64,000 bases of DNA from Spongiibacteraceae bacterium (GTDB taxonomy: Bacteria > Pseudomonadota > Gammaproteobacteria > Pseudomonadales > CAMLJR01): positions 3,465,702 to 3,529,701 of the forward strand of contig JASGHU010000001.1 of assembly GCA_047602265.1 (NCBI GenBank), written 5' to 3'. The translations under genes and the position numbers were made by a program. The notes beneath the pieces are model-generated. The model saw only the letters and a program-made list of their open reading frames with translations. It did no database searches and was not told the origin of the DNA. Positions 1-10,300 of this stretch are shown one piece after another (positions within the stretch are counted from its first letter, which is position 1; each line of letters opens with the position of its first letter).

Positions 1-1539
1 CAGGCTGTGAGGGATAACCCGTGGAAAGTTAAATCGGATGTAGATGCCAAAGAAAACGTCAGAAATATTTTTGGCTCTAACGCAACAGAATACGACTTAA
101 TGGATGATCTTACGGTAAAAAATGTATTTGGTTACCGCAAAGTTTTTTTAGCTAATGGAACCGATATTGATGGTACTGATCGCGAACTCGCTCCAGGTCA
201 AAACCTTCTCGGTAACCCACTAATTACAGGCACCAATGATCCGATATTATCAACGGTCGCTACTGAGTTCTATAGTGATGAATTACAACTATTTGGCTCA
301 GCCTTTGATAACAGCCTAGACTGGATCAGCGGTTTGTATTGGTCAAAATTAGCAGGAACGGAGGACAAAGTTAGCACACAGGCTGGTCAAATCGACTCCG
401 CCCTTAACGATGTCCTCAATACCTCTTATGGCCTGTTTGTTGAAGGCACATATGAATTTACCGACCAATGGTCTCTTACATTGGGCGCACGCCAGAGCCA
501 AGAGGAACGCGAGATCACGGTTCGAAAATGGTCCAACTTGGCCCGCACAACTTGCGGTATATATGCAGAGGGAGCAGCAATTGGCGGCGCGCTAGACCCA
601 GATTGTGCGAGAACTGTCAGCGAGAAATTTGACAGCACAACCTGGAAAACTTCGATTAACTTTACCCCGCAACCAGGCATTCTCCTTTACGGAAGTATTT
701 CAACCGGCTTCCGAGCAGGTGGCTTTAATACTCGTGGCACTAGTGATTCAACACTTCAACCCTACGACCCCGAAAATGTAATGACCTACGAGCTAGGCCA
801 CAAACAGGATTGGGATCTCGGTGGCGTCCCCGTCCGCAGCAGCATGGCGGTGTATTTCCAAAACTATGAGGATATCCAAAACACGGTCTCATTCTTTGAG
901 GGCGGCAGACTGCAGACTAAAACAGTAAATGCTGCAAAAGCTGAGATCAAAGGGCTTGAGCTTGAAATTACTGTTAAACCTACAGATGATCTGACTTGGG
1001 CAATGTCTTACTCCTACGTTGATGCCCAGTTTAAGAAGAAAAATGATGATCTCTCCGTATCTAACCCCCTTCCACCGAGAGACACCGTGGTGTTTGCGAG
1101 TCAAGTAGATACTAGTGGTAACGATTTCACATACATCCCAAAACAATCTCTGACCTCGTCGTTAACCTACATGCTGCCACTTGATCAGTCCTTGGGTGAT
1201 ATCTCTCTAATGGCAAGCGTCTATTGGCAAGACAAAATGTCAACTCATCCACTGAAGGATCAATTCCCGCTTTATGCATCAGCTCCTTATCCTTGGTCCG
1301 CATCCGACATTGCAGCCGTGACAGACTTCTCGGAAGTGGATGCTTACACAGTATGGAATGTTCGTGCTGATTGGCGCGGCATTATGGGATCCACGTTTGA
1401 CGCGGCCCTGTATGTAGATAACGTGACTGATGAGGAATATGTGCTTGGCGGGCTAAATGTTATGGAGAGCGGAGGCTTTGGCTCTTACCACTACGGCGCA
1501 CCTCGTACCTTCGGCGCTTCAGTTAAATACTCGTTCTAA
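1..1539 (+). CDS. TonB-dependent outer-membrane receptor, C-terminal portion (5' end lies outside the window)
   Basis: The reading frame is open to the window edge. The sequence is beta-barrel-like and ends ...GASVKYSF, the terminal aromatic Phe typical of TonB-dependent receptors. A strong hairpin follows. Confidence 0.8.
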   Translation, partial: QAVRDNPWKVKSDVDAKENVRNIFGSNATEYDLMDDLTVKNVFGYRKVFLANGTDIDGTDRELAPGQNLLGNPLITGTNDPILSTVATEFYSDELQLFGSAFDNSLDWISGLYWSKLAGTEDKVSTQAGQIDSALNDVLNTSYGLFVEGTYEFTDQWSLTLGARQSQEEREITVRKWSNLARTTCGIYAEGAAIGGALDPDCARTVSEKFDSTTWKTSINFTPQPGILLYGSISTGFRAGGFNTRGTSDSTLQPYDPENVMTYELGHKQDWDLGGVPVRSSMAVYFQNYEDIQNTVSFFEGGRLQTKTVNAAKAEIKGLELEITVKPTDDLTWAMSYSYVDAQFKKKNDDLSVSNPLPPRDTVVFASQVDTSGNDFTYIPKQSLTSSLTYMLPLDQSLGDISLMASVYWQDKMSTHPLKDQFPLYASAPYPWSASDIAAVTDFSEVDAYTVWNVRADWRGIMGSTFDAALYVDNVTDEEYVLGGLNVMESGGFGSYHYGAPRTFGASVKYSF

Positions 1540-1545
1540 GCATAT

Positions 1546-1579
1546 GCCGCTTGCAAGCTCAACAGAGCTTGCAAGCGGC
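1546..1579 (+). terminator. Perfect 15-bp-stem hairpin just after the receptor stop codon
   Basis: GCCGCTTGCAAGCTC-aaca-GAGCTTGCAAGCGGC. The following U-tract is weak (tctct). Confidence 0.55.
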
Positions 1580-1761
1580 TCTCTACATACTTGTACCCTC
1601 CGGTGGTTGTAACACTCAATCACCCCCTTTTTCAAACACAGCGAATTGGATTCGCCCGTAGTTTCGGGGCGTATATCTTCTCGCGTAGAGAAAAACCGAG
1701 GGCAACGACCGAACCTCTTGCCTCAATGGAAAATTTGCTCTGACCCCCTCAGGTCAGTTTG

Positions 1762-1815
1762 GCGGTATATGACGTAAATATCGCAGTCATATGCGGTACC
1801 GCTCTTTTTTCTTTC
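1762..1815 (+). terminator. Second intrinsic-terminator-like structure
   Basis: GCGGTATATGAC pairs with GTCATAT(gcggt bulge)ACCGC, followed by TCTTTTTTCTTTC. It lies about 180 nt after the first hairpin. Confidence 0.45.
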
Positions 1816-1887
1816 AATGATTCCCGACCGGCATTGCACCATCGAGCAAATATCTAGTGATATTGCCAAAACCAAGTACTTTGCGAA

Positions 1888-2379
1888 TCATGTTCGCTGC
1901 TCGGCCTTGGCTCGCAATGAACGAAATACCTGCATCAAAATCTCTCGAACTTCACCGGGAACATCGCCAAAGAAAAATGCCTCATGCTCTGCGGAAATCT
2001 TAGCAATTTTGTTGTGCAACTTAACGCCTTTACTCGTCAAATAAAGCGCATGCGAACGACCATCAACCGCCGATCGATCGAGTACCCCCTTCGCCATTAA
2101 GCCATTCACGATGGGCACCATATTAGTCCGCTTGACTCCAATCGCCCGCCCTATATCCGCCTGGGTACATCCAGGATTTGCTTTAACGAAGCGGATAATA
2201 ATCACCTCCGTTTGAGCAAGCCCAAGCTCTGCAAACGCATCCGTTAAAGCGATCATTGTGCTCAGCGCCGCCCGCCTTAATTGATAGCTGAGAAGATGCT
2301 CAAGCGGGTCGCGGAGCAGCGCTTTCTGATTTGTTTCGTTCATTGACATCGTTTCAAGCACCGGTGGAAGTTCAGACAA
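1888..2379 (-). CDS. MarR-family transcriptional regulator
   Basis: 163 aa. The winged-helix core is TEVIIIRFVKANPGCTQADIGRAIGVKRTNMVPIVNGLMAKGVLDR. Confidence 0.85.
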   Translation of the reverse strand: MSELPPVLETMSMNETNQKALLRDPLEHLLSYQLRRAALSTMIALTDAFAELGLAQTEVIIIRFVKANPGCTQADIGRAIGVKRTNMVPIVNGLMAKGVLDRSAVDGRSHALYLTSKGVKLHNKIAKISAEHEAFFFGDVPGEVREILMQVFRSLRAKAEQRT

Positions 2380-2438
2380 AATGGTATGAACTATCGCAAT
2401 TTATGTTATGAGCCATTACAATCAATATTCAACGATAA

Positions 2439-3551
2439 ATGCAGCGAACCAACCATAGCACTACGTCCGCGCAAGCGAGGGTAATTATGAACTTACTCAA
2501 ACAACACCCAAAAAAAATGATTACTCTGATCATTTTTCTGATCGCAATTGCATACAGCTACACCTGGACCTTCACCCCGCACGGACGACTGGACTATCGA
2601 GCAGCACTATCGCTGCATACAATGTCGTTCACCTACAATAATTTCAAGCCCGACCCCAACATCGATTTCGAAATCCCGCTACCGATTAATTTAATTTATT
2701 CTCTGAGCGATTTGCTGCCCAGCGAAAAAGTCGCGGATACGAAAGATTTTAAAATTCCGTCGAGTGGATTCGACATTCCGGTTCGAGCTTATTGGCCGCA
2801 GAATACTGATCGCAACCAGCCATTACCCGTCATCGTTTATTTTCACGGCGGCGGATTTGTCGTGGGCAGTGTTGATATTTTCGATGGACTTACACGCGCA
2901 TTGGCCAATGCCACTAAGGCGATAGTGGTGTCGGTGGACTATCGTCTGGCGCCAGCACACCCCTACCCTGCTGCAGTTGAAGACTGCTACACAGCAACGC
3001 AATGGGTCGCGGATAATATTGCAACGCTCGGCGGCGATCCGAAAAAAATTGCCGTGGCTGGCGACAGTGCTGGCGGAAATTTATCGGCTGTCGTTGCATT
3101 GAAAGCGCGCGAGGCTGGCACACCAACGATTGCGGCTCAGATTATGTACTACCCCGCTGTTGATTTGTCTGAAACCCATTACGACAGCAAAGATAAATTT
3201 GGTGATGGTTACGGCCTCTCGAAAGCCGCAGGAAAAAAATTCGAGCAGGCATACGGCGCCAACGTATCCGATCGAAAAGATCCGTATCTCTCGCCGCTCT
3301 ATGCGCCGAGTCTCGCTGGGTTACCGCCCGCGTTGATTATTACCGCAGGCTTTGATCCGCTCACCGATGCCAGCAAAGCCTATGCTGCGAAACTTGAAAG
3401 CAGCGGAATTTCCGTAACTGCGCTGAACTATTCCGACATCGTACACGGGTTTATGAGCGTCAAACTGTTTCCACAGCGACGCGATGCGCTTAACGTAACT
3501 AGCGTATTCCTGAACAGCGTATTCGATAAAACCGCTGCAACTAAAAACTAA
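2439..3551 (+). CDS. Alpha/beta-hydrolase, hormone-sensitive-lipase-type esterase/lipase
   Basis: Oxyanion motif YFHGGGFVVGS and nucleophile elbow GDSAGGN are present, with an N-terminal membrane/signal segment. The start could instead be the ATG at 2487. Confidence 0.85.
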   Translation: MQRTNHSTTSAQARVIMNLLKQHPKKMITLIIFLIAIAYSYTWTFTPHGRLDYRAALSLHTMSFTYNNFKPDPNIDFEIPLPINLIYSLSDLLPSEKVADTKDFKIPSSGFDIPVRAYWPQNTDRNQPLPVIVYFHGGGFVVGSVDIFDGLTRALANATKAIVVSVDYRLAPAHPYPAAVEDCYTATQWVADNIATLGGDPKKIAVAGDSAGGNLSAVVALKAREAGTPTIAAQIMYYPAVDLSETHYDSKDKFGDGYGLSKAAGKKFEQAYGANVSDRKDPYLSPLYAPSLAGLPPALIITAGFDPLTDASKAYAAKLESSGISVTALNYSDIVHGFMSVKLFPQRRDALNVTSVFLNSVFDKTAATKN

Positions 3552-3605
3552 ATCGGCTTTTCTCTGCAGCGGTCTCTACTGCAAAAAACCAGCAGAATTA
3601 TTTTG

Positions 3606-3645
3606 GCGGCATGCATCCTAATCACGACGATCTCATGCATGCCGC
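3606..3645. terminator. 11-bp-stem hairpin between convergent genes
   Basis: GCGGCATGCAT-18 nt-ATGCATGCCGC. The flanking T-runs are weak, so its function is uncertain. Confidence 0.35.
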
Positions 3646-3653
3646 TTATATAC

Positions 3654-4382
3654 TTATATTGCTGGAACCAACTCTAAATCCCGCCACCGCCAATACCACA
3701 CATTGCGACTGTGTCGCGCCGCGAGCGTTGCAAGCTCCACATCACCATCCTCCACTGCGGCGAATTCCATGATTTTCGCAGCGCGCCACGCCTTAACAAA
3801 ATCAACGTGCTCCGGTGAGTCATCGTCTGCATCAGGGCGAGTAACGAATTGTCGCGACGCATAAATAACATTGATCTGAAATAAGAACTCGATGTAACGC
3901 GACTTGATAAGCTCAAGAAAGGCAGCGCGAATTTCCAAGTCCAATTGCAACACATCATCCAAACTCGCATCTGCGCGCAGCGCTACCACTTTGTTGCGGA
4001 GTGCCTGTGTCACGACCTTGACGCGATCACGCCCCACACCGGCAGCGCGGCGCATAATTTCAATCCACAATGCAGTACCGACAATGGCCGTCTCTTTTAC
4101 ATCGGCATCGATCAGATCGAGATAAGCACTCACCGAATTTTCAATGGCATTTAAATCAGGACGTGCCGAGAAATAGCCGCCGTTGATTCCGCGCTTAACC
4201 GCCAGCCAACCCTCGCGCTCCAACAGACGCGCGACCTGACGCAACGTTGCCCGCGAAACCTGAAGGCGAGCGATCAATTCCTCCTCGCTACCCAGCAGCG
4301 CCCCGGGCTCGATCGACTGGATGAGTTTTCGCAGACTCGCTGCGGCGGTTTCTATTATCGATTTCGCTTTAGTCGATTTCAT
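3654..4382 (-). CDS. GntR/FadR-family transcriptional regulator
   Basis: 242 aa. N-terminal wHTH EEELIARLQVSRATLRQVARLLEREGWLAVKRG plus a helical FCD-like C-terminal domain. Confidence 0.85.
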   Translation of the reverse strand: MKSTKAKSIIETAAASLRKLIQSIEPGALLGSEEELIARLQVSRATLRQVARLLEREGWLAVKRGINGGYFSARPDLNAIENSVSAYLDLIDADVKETAIVGTALWIEIMRRAAGVGRDRVKVVTQALRNKVVALRADASLDDVLQLDLEIRAAFLELIKSRYIEFLFQINVIYASRQFVTRPDADDDSPEHVDFVKAWRAAKIMEFAAVEDGDVELATLAARHSRNVWYWRWRDLELVPAI

Positions 4383-4432
4383 ATCGTCATGTAATTATTA
4401 AAAATATTATCCCTGCATGCCCACCTAACAAA

Positions 4433-5371
4433 TTATAGAAATTCCTGGAGAGCCGCCACGAATTTATCGAATTGATCGTGATGCAGCCAATGCCCTGCGT
4501 GCTCGAATGTGAGATTGCGATGATCGCGAAAATACGCGGAGCGCCCATCGGTTGCCGGGTTCGTCGTCCAGCTTTCCGACCCCCAGCAAATCAGCGTTGA
4601 GGCCGTAATTTTGCGCCAATACTCTGCCAAATCAATCGCAAAATCTTCCGGCAGAAAATTGCCGACGACGGGATCCTGCTTCCAACTGTAACCATCGGAG
4701 TGACGACGCACACCATGCAATGCCAAGTGATGCGCGTAGGCCGAGGTCAGCAACTTATTGGTCTTCATCAAACGCTCAGCGGCTTCTTCGACGCTGGCAA
4801 AACGTCGCTGCGCCTTTTCAGTATCGCGTCGCTTTTCCAACCACTCGCGCATACGTTTTACAGTACCGAGCTCGTTCCATCGCGCAACCACAGGTGCGGT
4901 CGGTCCCATTGCATCGATCAACACCAATTTGCGCACGCGCTCGGGATAAAGCGCGGCATATCGCGTGGCCGGATTACCGCCAAACGAATGCGCAACGATA
5001 TTAATTTGCGCGTAGCCGAGCGTATCGATGAGATCGGCAAAATCGAGCAGATAATACGATGCGAGGTAGGCCCCATCCGGCGACCAATCGCTGTCGCCAT
5101 GCCCGCGTAAATCGGGCGCGATCACATGCCAGTCATGCCGCAATTCGCGCGCAATCCAATCCCAACTGCGCGCGTGATCCCACATGCCATGAACCAGCAA
5201 CAAGGGCGGCGCGGTTTCGTTGCCCCAATCCAGATAATGGAGTGTTAGCCCCTGCGACCGATAAGTTTTCGATACCGGTTCGACGTGGAGAGTGGAATCG
5301 CCGTGAATAGACATGAGGAGCACAATTCTGTGAATAGAAGGAAGGAGCTTGATTCGTCGAAATGATAACAA
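4433..5371 (-). CDS. Alpha/beta-fold hydrolase (epoxide-hydrolase/dehalogenase-like)
   Basis: Contains LLLVHGMWDH, nucleophile elbow AHSFGG and a C-terminal HAGHW. The start codon is uncertain: TTG at 5371 or ATG at 5314, neither with a good SD. Confidence 0.8.
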   Translation of the reverse strand: MLSFRRIKLLPSIHRIVLLMSIHGDSTLHVEPVSKTYRSQGLTLHYLDWGNETAPPLLLVHGMWDHARSWDWIARELRHDWHVIAPDLRGHGDSDWSPDGAYLASYYLLDFADLIDTLGYAQINIVAHSFGGNPATRYAALYPERVRKLVLIDAMGPTAPVVARWNELGTVKRMREWLEKRRDTEKAQRRFASVEEAAERLMKTNKLLTSAYAHHLALHGVRRHSDGYSWKQDPVVGNFLPEDFAIDLAEYWRKITASTLICWGSESWTTNPATDGRSAYFRDHRNLTFEHAGHWLHHDQFDKFVAALQEFL

Positions 5372-5495
5372 GCCTTGCGGAGGTTACGAATTAATTTTCC
5401 TCCACGGTCTTCGATAGACCCGACTCTCTCTCGCAAACAATCGATAGGCTCGAACGCCGGTTAAATGCGCATTCGTCCAATAATACTTACTCCAC

Positions 5496-5585
5496 CTTCT
5501 AACCCCTAATCTTCTAACCCCTAATCTTCTAACCCCTAATCTTCTAACCCCTAATCTTCTAACCCCTAATCTTCTAACCCCTAAT
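5496..5585. repeat. Six perfect tandem copies of a 15-bp unit (CTTCTAACCCCTAAT), decaying into degenerate units up to about 5625
   Basis: Read directly from the sequence. The degenerate tail overlaps the last codons and the TAG stop of the GGDEF-EAL gene. Confidence 0.95.
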
Positions 5586-5612
5586 CTTCTAACCTTCTAA
5601 TCTTTTAACCTT

Positions 5613-7772
5613 CTAGCCCTCTAACACCGTGACCTGTTGCGCGACCAGCAAACTCGTCAATTGCTGCCAGGTTAGTGGCTTATAAAACCAGTAGCCCTGA
5701 AACTCATCACACCCCTCTGCGCGCAAAAATTCGAACTGCGCCGCATTTTCGACTCCTTCGGCGACGACAATTTTTCGCAAACTCTTCGCAACGGTAATCG
5801 CCGCACGCGCAATCATAGCCACCTCCTCTTCCTTCTCGACATCGCGCATCAGCGAACGATCGATCTTGATGATATCGAGCGGATAGCGCCGCAGATAACT
5901 CAGTGATGAATAGCCCGTACCGAAATCGTCCATCGCCAAAAGCACGCCAAGCTGTTTGAATTCGCGCAAGATATTGATGGTGTGCTGAGTGTCATGCAGC
6001 AACACCGATTCGGTGATTTCCAATTCGACGCAATCGGCGGGCAATTCAGTTGAGCGCAGTGCATCTTCAATCTGCGCGACAATATTGCCATTGACGAATA
6101 ATTTGGGCGATAGATTGACCGCGATACGTAAATCCACACCGTAAAGCTTTCGCCACTCCTGCGCGGCCTGAAATGCGCGACGCAATACAAATGTCGTCAG
6201 CGGTACGATTAAACCGGTCTCCTCCGCAATCGGAATAAAGCGATCCGGTGCGACCATCCCCAATTCCGGATGATGCCAACGCGCAAGCGCTTCAACGCCG
6301 ACGATCTGCCGCTGCGCATCGACTTTCGGCTGAAAGTGCACATCGAAACTTTCGTTTTCCAGTGCCTGCCGCATTGCACTCTCGAGCATCAGGCGCTCAT
6401 CGGCAACGCGATTTAATTCCGCAGTAAAAAATTGAAAATTATTACGCCCGCGCGCTTTCGCCGCGTACATCGCCACATCGGCGCGGCGCAACAAGGTTTC
6501 GGCGTCATCTGCATCGGAAGGATACAGCGCAACCCCGAGACTGCCCCCGACCTGAAACTCGGTGCCATTGATCGTAATCGGCCGTCCGATTTCCTGGATG
6601 ATGCGCTCAAGCAAATTCACCACCATGCGCACACTGTAATAATCGTTAACCACCAATACAAATTCATCGCCGCCGAGACGCGCAACGGTATCCGATTCGC
6701 GCAAGCAATTCGTCAGTCGCTTGGCGACATGTTTTAACAATTCATCGCCAGCCGCATGGCCGAGACTATCGTTGATGAATTTGAAATTATCGAGATCGAT
6801 AAAGACGAGCACCAGGAAATAACTCAGGCGATGCGCCCGCGCTATACCTTGCTCAATGCGATCGTTGAGCAAGCTGCGATTGGGCAAACCCGTCAGCAAA
6901 TCGTGCTTGGCCTGTGTCTCCAGCTGCTGCTGATAATGCTTGCGCTCGGAAATATCCTGCACCGTGCCTTCATAACAAATGAATTCGCCTTTAGGGCCGC
7001 GCACGATATGCGCGTTTTCGGAAATCCAGATGCGCGAGCGATCCTTGCGATAAACCTCTGATTCGAAATTGTTGACTTCACCGCGAGTTTTCATCACCTG
7101 ATGAAACGTCAGGCGACGATCGGGATCGACATACAATTGATGCTGAATATCCGCCAAATCGCTGATCAGCTCTTCCGGCGTATCGTAACCGTAAATTTTC
7201 GCCAGCGCTTTATTCGCCGCCAAGTAGCGGCCATCGCTGGTGGTTTGAAAAATACCTTCGGATGCGTGCTCGAAAATATGCCGATAGCGCAGCTCTGCCT
7301 GCTGCAATGCTTCCAACGTGGCGCGCTGTTCGGAGATATCTTCGATAAAACCTTCGATCACGCTTTTACCGGATTCATCCAATACGCCGATTCCGCACTC
7401 AAGAACCCATTTCCTGGCGCCACTGCGAGTGGCGATGCGGTACTGCACGGCGAAGCGCTGGCCACTCTTGATCGCCGCATCAATAATGGAGCGCACGCGC
7501 GCACGATCGGCGACATCGGTAATTTCTTCCCAGGAAATTAGACCGTCGACAAAATCCTTCGGCAGGTAGCCGGTTAGCTCCTGACAGCCTCGGCTTACAA
7601 AGACCATACTCCAATGCGCATCGTTAACGCATCGAAAGGCCATTCCCTGCAAATTATCAACGAGTGTTTCCAGCACGCGCGAGCGATCGATAACACGCGC
7701 AGAATGGAGGCTCACCGCTTCGCGGCTCTGAATTGTCGCTTCATCAAAACTCATGGATCTCAACTTCCTCAC
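5613..7772 (-). CDS. PAS-PAS-GGDEF-EAL cyclic-di-GMP signalling protein
   Basis: 719 aa. Contains the GGDEF motif (ARLGGDEFVLV), the EAL motif (VGVEALARW) with downstream DDFGTGYSSLSYL, and two PAS-like N-terminal regions. Confidence 0.9.
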   Translation of the reverse strand: MRKLRSMSFDEATIQSREAVSLHSARVIDRSRVLETLVDNLQGMAFRCVNDAHWSMVFVSRGCQELTGYLPKDFVDGLISWEEITDVADRARVRSIIDAAIKSGQRFAVQYRIATRSGARKWVLECGIGVLDESGKSVIEGFIEDISEQRATLEALQQAELRYRHIFEHASEGIFQTTSDGRYLAANKALAKIYGYDTPEELISDLADIQHQLYVDPDRRLTFHQVMKTRGEVNNFESEVYRKDRSRIWISENAHIVRGPKGEFICYEGTVQDISERKHYQQQLETQAKHDLLTGLPNRSLLNDRIEQGIARAHRLSYFLVLVFIDLDNFKFINDSLGHAAGDELLKHVAKRLTNCLRESDTVARLGGDEFVLVVNDYYSVRMVVNLLERIIQEIGRPITINGTEFQVGGSLGVALYPSDADDAETLLRRADVAMYAAKARGRNNFQFFTAELNRVADERLMLESAMRQALENESFDVHFQPKVDAQRQIVGVEALARWHHPELGMVAPDRFIPIAEETGLIVPLTTFVLRRAFQAAQEWRKLYGVDLRIAVNLSPKLFVNGNIVAQIEDALRSTELPADCVELEITESVLLHDTQHTINILREFKQLGVLLAMDDFGTGYSSLSYLRRYPLDIIKIDRSLMRDVEKEEEVAMIARAAITVAKSLRKIVVAEGVENAAQFEFLRAEGCDEFQGYWFYKPLTWQQLTSLLVAQQVTVLEG

Positions 7773-8140
7773 ATCAACATCAGTGCGAAGCCATTCACAA
7801 TCTAACGGGTTGTCACTTACCGAGATCTAAGCGTTAACCGATCCCGCGACAGGAGATCTCTGCGGATCTTCGACTTACGCTAGCGTTAGCAACTTCCGTT
7901 CTCAGATCGATATTGCGCACTGTCGCGAAAAAAACACGAAATATGAACTAAAAAATGTATCCATATACCTTAAAGCCGACTCTAACGAATCCTCTAAGCC
8001 ATAAGAGATCGCGAAGAGCATGCACAAAAATAACGCGCAAAAAGTCGACTTGCACCAGCGACGATCGATCCTTCGCAGTTGCGCCCCAGCTATCGCGCAG
8101 TTTTTGCACAAAAATGCGATAAATAGAGAAAGACATCCTT

Positions 8141-8156
8141 TGGCTTAGCTTTTGCA
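8141..8156 (+). promoter_or_regulatory. Sigma-54 (-24/-12)-like promoter upstream of the MCP/NIT gene pair
   Basis: TGGCTTAGCTTTTGCA has the GG-N10-GC spacing with a TTGCA -12 block, 155-200 nt upstream of the candidate starts. Confidence 0.4.
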
Positions 8157-8310
8157 CAATTTAATAGCACTGCCAACGGCGGCAGTCTAATCTGCAACGA
8201 CGCTTGTCATCTCTCCGAATCATGCTTTGCCCAGTCCTGGCGTTGACGAGCATTACGCTCTGACCAGTACCGTGGCTTGCACAATCAACTGAGGTGGTAG
8301 GCGTTTTTTT

Positions 8311-9540
8311 TTGAGTTTTCGGCGCGTCGCTCGCCCGAAGCTCTGGTGTCACGTGATGAACAATTGGTTTTTTGTCGGTGCCAAGCTGCACCTGTGGTGT
8401 GGCCGCTACACGTTCTTGCTGGCCGCCGCTATCACAGCGGCAATCGTTAGCTGTATTGCGCTGCAGATGCATCAAATCGCGGCGGCGCTCGGCGCATTTG
8501 CGCTCTACTATCATCTCTCCGTCACCGTGTTGGTCAACCAGCGGCAACAGCTCGCCGAACAGCAATTAAATTCGCTGACCGAAATGCTGCCTAGCTTCAA
8601 CACATTGGCCTACGCGCAACACGGCACGCTGATCGAAAAATTATATTGCGCATTGCGAGAACTCATCCGCGATGCACAACGCGTGCGTAGCGAGACCCAA
8701 TTTTCCGGACTGGCCTTGGAAAAATTAGCCACCGCCGCCGAACATGATTCCTCTGAGCAGCGGCGTCGTTTGGAAATGATTGCTGCAGCCGCGGAGGAAA
8801 TCTCTCAAACGGTGCAACATATTCGCAATCTCGCCGAGCAAGCGAATATCGCTTTCAACACTGTGCAAAAAAATAGCGCCGTCGGTGTGCAGGAAATGCA
8901 GCTGATGCGCAACAGCATGGTCGAAATCAAGGAAACGATGGAAAAAACTCACGAAGCGGTGACTCATTTGCTAACGCGTACAGACGCCATCGATAACTTC
9001 GTGCAAACGATTCAAGGTGTCGCCAAACAAACCCAATTGCTAGCACTCAATGCCTCGATCGAAGCTGCGCGCGCCGGCGAACACGGTCGCGGCTTTGCCG
9101 TGGTTGCCGATGAGGTGCGCTCGCTGGCGATGACGACGCAAACCGCTGCTTCCGATATCACCACGCTGATCGCACAGATCAATACCGCCGTCGAACAGGT
9201 GCGCGACAGCGTGAGCGCGCATCGCGAGTTGCTCGACGACAACAGCGAGCGCACCGATCATCTTGCCGAATCGCTGCAGTCGCTGACCGAACTTAGCCTT
9301 GCCAATCTCGATGGCCTGGCCACGCTGCAACATGCATTGAATGAACATTCGCTGGCGAGTCAATCGCTCAGCGAACAATTGCAGGAAGTGAATGGCATTG
9401 TGATTCAACAAAACGATCAGACCAGCCGCCTGCGTTCGCTCACCGTCTATCTGACGCAATTGACCGGCACGAATGTGCAAGACGCAAAGCTACAACAACC
9501 GAATCGACAATTGATGTCGAAACTGGAGGTAGCCGTATGA
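8311..9540 (+). CDS. Methyl-accepting chemotaxis protein lacking a recognisable ligand-binding domain
   Basis: Carries the conserved signalling hairpin [34 protein letters not shown]. The N-terminus has only two closely spaced TM helices. Start is TTG 8311 or ATG 8356. Confidence 0.85.
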   Translation: MSFRRVARPKLWCHVMNNWFFVGAKLHLWCGRYTFLLAAAITAAIVSCIALQMHQIAAALGAFALYYHLSVTVLVNQRQQLAEQQLNSLTEMLPSFNTLAYAQHGTLIEKLYCALRELIRDAQRVRSETQFSGLALEKLATAAEHDSSEQRRRLEMIAAAAEEISQTVQHIRNLAEQANIAFNTVQKNSAVGVQEMQLMRNSMVEIKETMEKTHEAVTHLLTRTDAIDNFVQTIQGVAKQTQLLALNASIEAARAGEHGRGFAVVADEVRSLAMTTQTAASDITTLIAQINTAVEQVRDSVSAHRELLDDNSERTDHLAESLQSLTELSLANLDGLATLQHALNEHSLASQSLSEQLQEVNGIVIQQNDQTSRLRSLTVYLTQLTGTNVQDAKLQQPNRQLMSKLEVAV

Positions 9541-10298
9541 TGGCTCCACTCGCACTATTCAGCATCGCGCTGCTGCTGTGTATCGCTTTCAGCCTGTACA
9601 GCTATCACCGCGCATGTCGTCATGTCGCCGCGGGTGATAATGCCAGTACGCAATTAATTGACGGCACGCTGGCGTTGATCCAGCTACTGCAAAAACACCG
9701 CGGCTTAGGCGCGCAACAAAGCGGTGTTGCCGTCACGCAGCGCACACAGATTGCGCGAGAAATCGATTATCGCTGGCGCGACTGGGCCATCCACCTTGGC
9801 GATCTGGAATACCTGCAAACACAATGGATGCGGCTAAAAAATACGCCGAGCGATTTCGAAGGGCACTCGCACATCATCAAAGATTTACTGGGGTTTATCG
9901 AAATTCTTGCGCTGCGGGTGAACGGCCCTGCACTCGATCAACGCCTTGCATTTGCAGAGCGTTGTCGCGCACTGGAAGATCTGGCCAAGCTCCGCGGCCT
10001 CTCGGCGCGCGCCGCCAATTACCCGCAATGCCCAATCGAACTTAAAGTCATGCTGAAATATCTATGCACGAATCTGCACAGCTCCGGCTTGCAGAACAGT
10101 AGCAACGCCCTGCGCGCTGCGCTCAATGAAATCAATCAGAACATGCTCGACGCAAATCGCACAACGATCAGCGCCGCGCGCTGTTTCGAAATACTCACGC
10201 CAATCATCGACGAAGCGCTCGATGAATTGCGTCAATCGATCAACACCCTTAATCAATCAAGCAACCATCAGCAGATGAATCTGGCATACGTTGTTTGA
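9537..10298 (+). CDS. Membrane-anchored NIT-like (nitrate/nitrite-sensing type) domain protein
   Basis: 253 aa. Its start overlaps the MCP stop (ATGA). It has one N-terminal TM helix followed by [17 protein letters not shown], which resembles the NIT-domain LQKERG signature. The domain call is by eye only. Confidence 0.5.
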   Translation: MMAPLALFSIALLLCIAFSLYSYHRACRHVAAGDNASTQLIDGTLALIQLLQKHRGLGAQQSGVAVTQRTQIAREIDYRWRDWAIHLGDLEYLQTQWMRLKNTPSDFEGHSHIIKDLLGFIEILALRVNGPALDQRLAFAERCRALEDLAKLRGLSARAANYPQCPIELKVMLKYLCTNLHSSGLQNSSNALRAALNEINQNMLDANRTTISAARCFEILTPIIDEALDELRQSINTLNQSSNHQQMNLAYVV

Positions 10299-10300
10299 AA

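Noticed and set aside
5496-5585. The tandem array as a CRISPR array or telomere-like repeat (the reverse strand contains TTAGGGG)
   Set aside because: The units are directly abutting with no spacers and are only 15 bp long, and there are no cas genes. The similarity to TTAGGG is most likely coincidental in a bacterial chromosome interior.
8161-8565. 134-aa minus-strand ORF
   Set aside because: It overlaps the 5' end of the MCP gene on the opposite strand, is Arg/Cys/Gln-rich and has no SD. It is probably spurious.
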